Made by a program: the position numbers and the translations under genes. The notes beneath the pieces were generated by a model that worked only from the letters and a program-made list of their open reading frames with translations, did not search any database and was not told the DNA's origin. Of a stretch of DNA of 64,000 nucleotides, positions 20,420 to 28,036 are shown in pieces. The stretch covers positions 64,001 through 128,000 of IMG/VR virus record IMGVR_UViG_3300031999_000001; one strand, 5' to 3'. Origin of the DNA: a virus (Duplodnaviria; Heunggongvirae; Uroviricota; Caudoviricetes). The number at the start of each line of letters is the position of its first letter. Position 1 is the stretch's first letter.

Positions 20420-20428
20420 TATAAATAC
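20420..20428 (-). promoter_or_regulatory. Putative late-promoter motif GTATTTATA
   Basis: Upstream of the ATG at 20396. Confidence 0.5.
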
Positions 20429-20432
20429 TTGG

Positions 20433-21329
20433 TTATTTGAAAAAAGTCTTTCTTTCAATAGGAATATTTGTAATATTTTCTTTCATCATTTGTTCTTTTT
20501 TTATTACAGGTTCTTTTTTCATTCCAGCTTCTTTACGTTGTTTAAAGAATTTATCTTTTTCTGGTTCTGATTTTATTGGTTTAACTAAGGTATCAAAAAG
20601 ATTAGTTAATGTACCAACAATTGATTCTGGTGGAATTTTATCTTTATTTATAACATCAACTAATTCAAATTCATTATTATCATTAATTGCAACCAAATAT
20701 CTACTACGTGCCGTTTTCATTACTCGTGATGCAATATTATATAGTTTATTAATATCTTGGGCAGTTGCTTTCCTGTTATTTTTATTTGCATCATAAAATC
20801 TTTTCCATTTTGATGTTTGTGTATCAAATGCGGATACTTTTTGTGCAACAACATTTGGTTTACCGATACTATCCATGCCTTTTGTTTGTACCATTTTTTC
20901 TGGTGTTCTGGTAACTGCAGCAATTGGATTAGGTATATCTTCATCGGTGTCTTTATATGAATCAGGTAATAAAACTTTACCTTCTTTATCAACAAATTTT
21001 TTACCTGTTGGATATATTGATGCTATTTTATCAACACGAAATAATCTCCACATTGGAATAGGTTTTCTAATAGCACCACTATCACTTTTACCCCTATCCT
21101 GCCATGCTCTTAATACTAAATTTCCACTGGTTGCATGATTACCCAAAACAAACGGTTTTATTGTCCGATAACCTTTCTTTATTGATTTATCACCAGCATA
21201 ATAAATATAAATGTATTCATGATTTTGAATAGCATCAACAATATCATTATTATCAACAGCTTCTGTTATAAGATTATAATGACGAAAATTTTTAATATTA
21301 TCAATTAATATTTTGACTTCGGTTAACAT
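20433..21329 (-). CDS. WYL-domain protein
   Basis: IYIYYAG...YRTIKPFVLG...LVLRAWQ...WRLFRVDKI is the WYL Sm-fold pattern. Confidence 0.7.
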   Translation of the reverse strand: MLTEVKILIDNIKNFRHYNLITEAVDNNDIVDAIQNHEYIYIYYAGDKSIKKGYRTIKPFVLGNHATSGNLVLRAWQDRGKSDSGAIRKPIPMWRLFRVDKIASIYPTGKKFVDKEGKVLLPDSYKDTDEDIPNPIAAVTRTPEKMVQTKGMDSIGKPNVVAQKVSAFDTQTSKWKRFYDANKNNRKATAQDINKLYNIASRVMKTARSRYLVAINDNNEFELVDVINKDKIPPESIVGTLTNLFDTLVKPIKSEPEKDKFFKQRKEAGMKKEPVIKKEQMMKENITNIPIERKTFFK

Positions 21330-21568
21330 TATGCGGTAGCATCATTATATTCTCTATTTTTATTGAATTTGTTTTTAGCAACTAATTTTTCTTTTTGTTT
21401 AATGTCAGTAAGACTACCAATCTGACCATTAACTTCACCTTTACCATTTTCATCGCCAGTTGATAATGCATCTGCATGTCCAACATTATATTGGTCATTA
21501 TTGTCATAATCATTTCTTGCAATGTTTACTTTTCTGAAAGGTAAACTAACATCTTCTAATCTGCTCAT
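21329..21568 (-). CDS. Small hypothetical protein
   Basis: 79-aa ORF abutting the WYL gene. Confidence 0.5.
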   Translation of the reverse strand: MSRLEDVSLPFRKVNIARNDYDNNDQYNVGHADALSTGDENGKGEVNGQIGSLTDIKQKEKLVAKNKFNKNREYNDATA

Positions 21569-21601
21569 TTTTTTAAATTTTAATTTTTCTTGTTATTTAT
21601 A

Positions 21602-21609
21602 ATAAATAC
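21602..21609 (-). promoter_or_regulatory. Putative late-promoter motif GTATTTAT
   Basis: Upstream of the ATG at 21568. Confidence 0.45.
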
Positions 21610-21691
21610 CCATCTATAATTTAATATTTAATATGGTATTAATATTTTTCAAATTAGTATATTTAATTCTTAAAGGCAATCCTTTTTCATC

Positions 21692-22576
21692 TTAATATGG
21701 TTTAAACACTAAATTGATATAATCAATAAGATTTGGTACTGTATCTAAAAATTCCATTTCATTTACATCAAACCAACCATAATTTGTATTTTCTTTATTA
21801 AGTGTTACATCAGTTGATTCACCAGTATATCTGCACGCAAAAATATGTTCAACACTATCTGGATTTCTTTGAATAACAACTTTTTCAATAAATTTATCAA
21901 TATCCAGACCAATTTCTTCCTTAATTTCTCTTTCACATGCTTTTTCAGGTTCTTCATCTTTTTCAATTGCACCACCAATTAACGACCATTTTGATGGCAT
22001 CCATTGTTTTGGATAATCAGACCTTTTCAATAAAAGAATTTTATTATCAGAATTTACAATTACTGCAAGTGTATTTTTTTTTAAATCATCGTAATTTTCA
22101 ATATTGAATTTTTTGTTTTTCTTATCTTCATTAATTATATTTAAAAGAATTTCACTATCAATTATTCTTATCATATGTCCAATACCTGTTTCATTATTAT
22201 ATTTTTCAATAAGTGCATTTAGTCTGGGTGTTTGATATGATTTCAATTCAGAATTGGGGTTATTTGTAATGTCTTGTTTAATTTCTTTTGATCTTTTAAC
22301 TGCATCTCTATCAGCATTTAATGTTCTATCAACAAAAGATTTCATTAAATCACCACCAGCAAGTACATATTGTGTTTTATCTTGAGTTTCTGGATTAAAA
22401 TAATCAAAAAAATTCTTAAGTCTCTTCATCGCCTGATAGGTGATTGCACCGTTTTTAAGCAGATAATTAGCACGTTTAAGACCATTTTCACCTGAACTCG
22501 ATGCTTTTGCTATCTCAATACCTTTAAGTATGTCTGAGGGTATCTTATATGTCTTATCTTTGAGATATTGGTTCAT
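21692..22576 (-). CDS. Two-domain protein with C-terminal Nudix hydrolase
   Basis: Nudix box GAIEKDEEPEKACEREIKEEIGL; unassigned helical N-terminal domain. Confidence 0.8.
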   Translation of the reverse strand: MNQYLKDKTYKIPSDILKGIEIAKASSSGENGLKRANYLLKNGAITYQAMKRLKNFFDYFNPETQDKTQYVLAGGDLMKSFVDRTLNADRDAVKRSKEIKQDITNNPNSELKSYQTPRLNALIEKYNNETGIGHMIRIIDSEILLNIINEDKKNKKFNIENYDDLKKNTLAVIVNSDNKILLLKRSDYPKQWMPSKWSLIGGAIEKDEEPEKACEREIKEEIGLDIDKFIEKVVIQRNPDSVEHIFACRYTGESTDVTLNKENTNYGWFDVNEMEFLDTVPNLIDYINLVFKPY

Positions 22577-22624
22577 ATGTTTCTAAAATTTTATTAATAA
22601 ATTTTTCTTTAGTTAATTTTTTCA

Positions 22625-23479
22625 TTATTTTCTTTCTAATAGATTAACCAACTTATCAATATCTTTTTTATCTAATTTATTAATCAACCCCGCAATTTTT
22701 TCAAGTTTTTTTTCTCGTACTTCCTTATCCTCAGTTTTATTTGACATTTCATCTTCTGACTTCTTATCAACAATTTTGTCTTCAACAACACTTATTTCAT
22801 TAAGTGAACTATCCACTAAATAAAATTCAGGATATTTCTTTTTAAAGTAATCAATAATCATATTTTCTGGAACAGCAAGACCCCACCAATCAGGAAATTT
22901 AACATCCCATTTATTATCAACACCGCTTAATCTACCATTATCATCAAAATTAAATGTAATATTGAATAAATTATTCTTAGTGCTTTTAAATGTCAATGGT
23001 TTTTTTAATGAAAAGTTTTCATCAATATTTTCTTGGGGTTCTTTAAATGCGTTTTCAAAATGTTTTTCTACTATTTTAATCATTTTTTTTGCACATTCAA
23101 AATTCTTTTCTTTTTTATCATCAGGTTGACTATCAAAATCTTTTTCAGATATTATCCTAAAATCTGATTTTAATTTATTTGGATTTCTATAATAATATTC
23201 CAAAATTTCCATATATCTATCATATGCCAAATGTGCTAAGTCATTAAGAAGTTCTGTTTGGCTTTGATTTTCCTTGCCTTCAAAGAAAGGTAAAAGTGTG
23301 AAGCCAAAACGACCCAGCATGTCGTATCTAAATGGCTGCATTCCAATCTTTGCATTATAATCTGTGGTATTTGATGCTTGTGATTCCAAATCACTACCTG
23401 ATGTCGGCACATCATTTTTACCAATTAATTCACCGTTTGAATCTATAATTTCTAATAATTCTTTCTTTTTTATTTTCAT
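22625..23479 (-). CDS. Hypothetical protein
   Basis: 284-aa acidic/basic ORF. Confidence 0.5.
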   Translation of the reverse strand: MKIKKKELLEIIDSNGELIGKNDVPTSGSDLESQASNTTDYNAKIGMQPFRYDMLGRFGFTLLPFFEGKENQSQTELLNDLAHLAYDRYMEILEYYYRNPNKLKSDFRIISEKDFDSQPDDKKEKNFECAKKMIKIVEKHFENAFKEPQENIDENFSLKKPLTFKSTKNNLFNITFNFDDNGRLSGVDNKWDVKFPDWWGLAVPENMIIDYFKKKYPEFYLVDSSLNEISVVEDKIVDKKSEDEMSNKTEDKEVREKKLEKIAGLINKLDKKDIDKLVNLLERK

Positions 23480-23495
23480 GATAGCATATTTTTTA

Positions 23496-23504
23496 TATAA
23501 ATAC
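23496..23504 (-). promoter_or_regulatory. Putative late-promoter motif GTATTTATA
   Basis: 16 nt upstream of the ATG at 23479. Confidence 0.5.
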
Positions 23505-23535
23505 TAATTATTATCAATATGCACGATCAATATCA

Positions 23536-26500
23536 TTAATCAATATCATCAATATCAAGACCCATATATTCGGCAATCTCATCTTCTTCAATTCCTTCTA
23601 TTTGTTTGATATACATATCAAGAGTATTACTTGCCATTTCTTCACTTTCAAATAGTTCTTCCATTGTTATTTCATCTGCAATTTTAAAACGTTTTTTAAA
23701 CCTGTCAAAATATTTTATTCTTTTGATTTTTAATATTTCCAAATACCTATCCCTTTCGGTTTTATTTGATAATGTTATTTCCAATTCTTTGATTTTCTGA
23801 GCTTCTTCTTCTCTTTTTCTATCAAATTCCAATTCAATTTCACTTTTGGGAATATTTACATTTTCTCTAATTATTTCAAAAAATACACCATTGAATAATC
23901 CAACATTATATTCACCACCATTTTTAATTAAAACTAAATCATTTTCTTTATATTCATCATTTATTGATTTAATTCTTGGTTTATTTTTTGCTGTCATTAA
24001 TTCATTTAAATATGTTAAAGCATTATTATATATTTCATAATAAATTTTATTATCATCATACATTTTAAATCCATCCCATACTTTTCTTGGGTCATATCCT
24101 GTTTTATTCCAAAAATCAACTTCAGGTTTTTCTAAGTACATTGATTCATCAAAATCATCCAAATCAAAATTCTTTAATTCTAATTGGAATGAAGCAAAAT
24201 TCGCTTGTTCAAATTTCATTTCTTTGGTTTTTTTATCTTTAATAGTTTTTGATAAAATCTTTTTAGCGATATCTGGTTCAAACCCAACTAAAAGTGTCAT
24301 AACTCTTTTATTAAAAGCATCTAAATATTTCACAGCATTATATTTACCAATCATATTTGGATTTTCTTGCAAATCTTCAGCATTGATTAATGTTGCACAA
24401 AACCTATTTTTACCTGTTTCAACATCTTTAATTGTAGCTGAATTACCTTCTGATTTTTTTGTACCAGTATTAACATAATAAACAACACTGTCAAGTTCAG
24501 GTTCTGGTGGCATATAATTAATAACTAATTTCATTTTATCATCATCGCTTAGTTTTTCTTCAGATTTTGTAAATCCTAAATTTGCTTTATGTTTTTCAAA
24601 AAGTTCATTTGCAATTTTTTGTCTTTTTTCAATTAATAATTCCATATATGCCTGTTTTCCCTTTTTATGACCATTTTTATCCTTACCTCTTTTATTATAT
24701 GCGTTTATTGTTGTTTTTACTCTACTTTTACTTGCAATCTTTTTCAATGGAATACGTTCATAATAAAGATTTCCTGCATAGTCATTATAATAATCAAGAA
24801 ATTCCTTGCCTTTACCATGAAGAATTAAATCAAAACCCTTATCAATAAAATCTTCAATGTATTCAGGCATTATTTTTGATTTAATTGTATTACCTGTTAA
24901 TTTAATTTTTTCTTTCATTTCATCAGTTTTTTTATCTTTAACTAATGAAAGTGTTGCATAATTTATTCTTGCAAGATTTAGGCATGAAATTGATTCACCA
25001 TCATTGTCAATTGACATATATGGTGGTTTCATTTCTTCTTTATTATATTTTTCAATAAGTGCATTAATACCTGTTTTGCCATCATATTGCCACATGTCTT
25101 CAATTAATCCCTCATTTAATCCCTCAGTTATTCCCTTATCAGTAACACAAATTGTGGTCGTATTGGGTATTTTGAAATTAATACCATCAGTAACTGCAAG
25201 TAAAGGTATGCATCCAAATTTATTAAACCAATTAATTGCATGTCTTAAATGTAATCTGGCAGTACAGGTAATACGTGCAGCACAAACATTATCTGACCAA
25301 TTGAATGAAATATGTGAACCCAGAGCACCATATAATGAGTTGTTCAAAGTCTTTATAGGTAATTGTTTGATTTTGAACATTGAAATATCTGCAAACATAA
25401 ATTCATTATTAATGAATTTAACGTGCTTTTCTGGATCAATTTGTCTAAATAATGTTTTTTCTTCTTCATCCAATTTACTACTGTTTGCTAATTTCTTATA
25501 AATATTACGTGTTGTTGTTAAATATAACAATATCTTTTTCATAACACCAGTAATATCAAATATTGGAAATACATCTTCAGTTAACTGTATTGAAGGATAT
25601 AGACCAGCATAATCAATTTTTATTATTCTTTCAATATATCCAATTTTATATGTACGTGCCAAACCACCAGAGAACCTATTGTAAACATCTGGTGATGGAA
25701 TTGCCAAATCATTTTCATAACTCCATGCTGTCATAAGTAAATTCCAAATTCCCGCAGTACCTATTGTACAAATTCTTTGATAAGTTGTTGGAACGATTTT
25801 GGCTAACATGAATGATGATTGATTATATAATTCATCAATTTGTTCAGTTTCCCATAAGTCATCAAGAAGATATTGTTTTACAAGTTTTTTACCACCAATA
25901 AACGTAATTAAATTTTTTGGAAACGCTTCTGCTTTAAACCATGTAATAAATTCCTTACATTTATCAAGATAATTTTTTTTAGCGGAATTATATTCTTCAT
26001 TGGTAATATTACTTTTATTGGCTTGAAGTTTATATAAATTCCTTGCAACATCTTGAAATTCATTAGGTATTTGTATATAATTATTTTTTTCATCTACAAG
26101 AAAAATTTTATTTTCATAATAATATTTACCAATTGAATTATCTTCTCCTGCAATGTATGTTCTGTTTGGTCTTGCTATTTTTTCAAATTTTGCAATATAT
26201 TTTAATTTATTTTCTTTTATTTCACTATTAACTGCTGCCGTTCTTCTCACAGCATGTAAAATATCAATAACTGAATAACCCCACATATCAGTCCAAGTAT
26301 ATTTATCTGCAGTATTACCATATTTAACAGAAGTATTTGCTTTTCTTTTTAATTGAATCTTTTCTTTAAGTCCTGTCGGAACTTCGGATAAATTCATTTT
26401 TAAAAGTTTTGCTCTACCCAGAATAAATTCAAAGTCAAACATTTCTGAGTTAAATCCGGTAATAATTGCAGGACGTAAATGGTCAATTAAATTAAAGAAT

Positions 26501-27216
26501 TTTTGTATAAGTTTAATTTCGGCTTCATCATCATTTAATTTCTCGGCTTCAAGAATTACTTCAAAATCCCTATTATCTCTTACACCAATTGCAAAAACCC
26601 TTCCTGTTTGATATCTTAAACTTGTTGTTTCAATATCAAAGGTAACTTTATGAATATTTTTATATTCTTCTATGCCTTTAAAAAGTCTGGTTTGATTTGA
26701 AATAAAAAATTGTTCAGTGAGTCTTGTAGAATAAAAAAAGTTACGATATAAATATACCAATTCACCCTTTTTATTTCTAATAAAATCATCATTTTCATCC
26801 CTTGCTTTTTCATATGGATTAATGCCACCATCTGTAAAATAATTTATAATATCATTATATGACCTGCGACTTGTTACCTTATAACAATATCCATCAATTA
26901 ATCTTTTTTGATTACCTGTTTTTAATTTAGTAATTGTAATACCATATTTAATTTTTTTACTTTCAATAAAATTTTCATCAGCACCTTTATATAATTTATA
27001 ATTTAATTTTGTTAAATCTTTCACATACATAAAGGGTTCATAATATATTTTTACAATTTTTGGCTTTTGATTTGGTTCATGTATAACACATTCGGCAATA
27101 TTTGTGCTTGGGTCTGTTTCAACATTTACCAAATATTTTAAATCATTATTATAGCCTTCGAGAAATCCCTTAATTTCTCCCAAAACTTTTGCTTTATCCA
27201 TTTCCATTTTCAACAA
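23536..27216 (-). CDS. Family B DNA polymerase with 3'-5' exonuclease
   Basis: ExoI FDIETT, ExoII GFNSEMFD, ExoIII YLLDD, motif A DYAGLYPS, motif B KTLNNSLYG, motif C variant AVTDG. Confidence 0.9.
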   Translation of the reverse strand: MLKMEMDKAKVLGEIKGFLEGYNNDLKYLVNVETDPSTNIAECVIHEPNQKPKIVKIYYEPFMYVKDLTKLNYKLYKGADENFIESKKIKYGITITKLKTGNQKRLIDGYCYKVTSRRSYNDIINYFTDGGINPYEKARDENDDFIRNKKGELVYLYRNFFYSTRLTEQFFISNQTRLFKGIEEYKNIHKVTFDIETTSLRYQTGRVFAIGVRDNRDFEVILEAEKLNDDEAEIKLIQKFFNLIDHLRPAIITGFNSEMFDFEFILGRAKLLKMNLSEVPTGLKEKIQLKRKANTSVKYGNTADKYTWTDMWGYSVIDILHAVRRTAAVNSEIKENKLKYIAKFEKIARPNRTYIAGEDNSIGKYYYENKIFLVDEKNNYIQIPNEFQDVARNLYKLQANKSNITNEEYNSAKKNYLDKCKEFITWFKAEAFPKNLITFIGGKKLVKQYLLDDLWETEQIDELYNQSSFMLAKIVPTTYQRICTIGTAGIWNLLMTAWSYENDLAIPSPDVYNRFSGGLARTYKIGYIERIIKIDYAGLYPSIQLTEDVFPIFDITGVMKKILLYLTTTRNIYKKLANSSKLDEEEKTLFRQIDPEKHVKFINNEFMFADISMFKIKQLPIKTLNNSLYGALGSHISFNWSDNVCAARITCTARLHLRHAINWFNKFGCIPLLAVTDGINFKIPNTTTICVTDKGITEGLNEGLIEDMWQYDGKTGINALIEKYNKEEMKPPYMSIDNDGESISCLNLARINYATLSLVKDKKTDEMKEKIKLTGNTIKSKIMPEYIEDFIDKGFDLILHGKGKEFLDYYNDYAGNLYYERIPLKKIASKSRVKTTINAYNKRGKDKNGHKKGKQAYMELLIEKRQKIANELFEKHKANLGFTKSEEKLSDDDKMKLVINYMPPEPELDSVVYYVNTGTKKSEGNSATIKDVETGKNRFCATLINAEDLQENPNMIGKYNAVKYLDAFNKRVMTLLVGFEPDIAKKILSKTIKDKKTKEMKFEQANFASFQLELKNFDLDDFDESMYLEKPEVDFWNKTGYDPRKVWDGFKMYDDNKIYYEIYNNALTYLNELMTAKNKPRIKSINDEYKENDLVLIKNGGEYNVGLFNGVFFEIIRENVNIPKSEIELEFDRKREEEAQKIKELEITLSNKTERDRYLEILKIKRIKYFDRFKKRFKIADEITMEELFESEEMASNTLDMYIKQIEGIEEDEIAEYMGLDIDDID

Positions 27217-28027
27217 ATATTATATCATTTTCATTATTAATAAAATCAAATTCTAATTGATATGGTTTTTTTTCTTCTTCAACCTTGTACCAATTTTGAA
27301 AATAATCATTACCTTCTTTATCGGTTACTTTAAAACCCCGTTGCACTAAAGTACTTGCATATTTTTCCGTTAGTTTTTTGCTATAAATATCTAAAAATCC
27401 TTTAAGTTCATAATATTCACTTGCAATTATGGTCTTACATGATGCACATTCACAACAAGGTTCATATTCAATAAATTCAACATCTTTTGAACCTTTAATT
27501 TTTGCTATCTCACAACTAAAAATATATTTGCGATATTGTTCGGGAAGTTCTTCTGCCATTTGGCGTTTCTTCATTTTAGTAAGTGGAAACGTAAGTGGCT
27601 TCATTGGCTCACTAATTGCTTGATATGATTTGTAAATATTTTGAATATCATCCAGATATGAAATAGCATCATCATTACTGACATATCCTATTTGAATTTC
27701 ATCAATATTATCCATACCCTGTAGAAATACAACCGTAAATATCCAAATTGGCATTTGTTTAAAATATAAACTACCTTCATTCGCATGTACATCTACTTTT
27801 ACGGCATATTGAATCGGTTTTAAATTAAAACTATCGTTTTTATGAAATTCTTTTTCAAATTCTTTCCAGAGTAATTCAATACGATTTTTTTCCAGAATTG
27901 TTTTAACTTCATTATTTTCAATTTCAACATAAATTGGAAACACAATATTATCTTCTTTAAGATTTTTCCATACCAGATATGTTGAATCCAATCCACCTGA
28001 AAATAATATAGCAATTTTTTTACTCAT
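27194..28027 (-). CDS. queC: QueC-like PP-loop ATPase (7-cyano-7-deazaguanine synthase family)
   Basis: IAILFSGGLDST PP-loop; C-terminal SC...CCECASC Zn cluster. Confidence 0.65.
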   Translation of the reverse strand: MSKKIAILFSGGLDSTYLVWKNLKEDNIVFPIYVEIENNEVKTILEKNRIELLWKEFEKEFHKNDSFNLKPIQYAVKVDVHANEGSLYFKQMPIWIFTVVFLQGMDNIDEIQIGYVSNDDAISYLDDIQNIYKSYQAISEPMKPLTFPLTKMKKRQMAEELPEQYRKYIFSCEIAKIKGSKDVEFIEYEPCCECASCKTIIASEYYELKGFLDIYSKKLTEKYASTLVQRGFKVTDKEGNDYFQNWYKVEEEKKPYQLEFDFINNENDIIFVENGNG

Positions 28028-28036
28028 AAATTACGA

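Noticed and set aside
23513-23555. Four ATCAATAT repeats as iterons or operators
   Set aside because: Two simply encode the polymerase's terminal DIDDID; too short and AT-rich to support a regulatory call.
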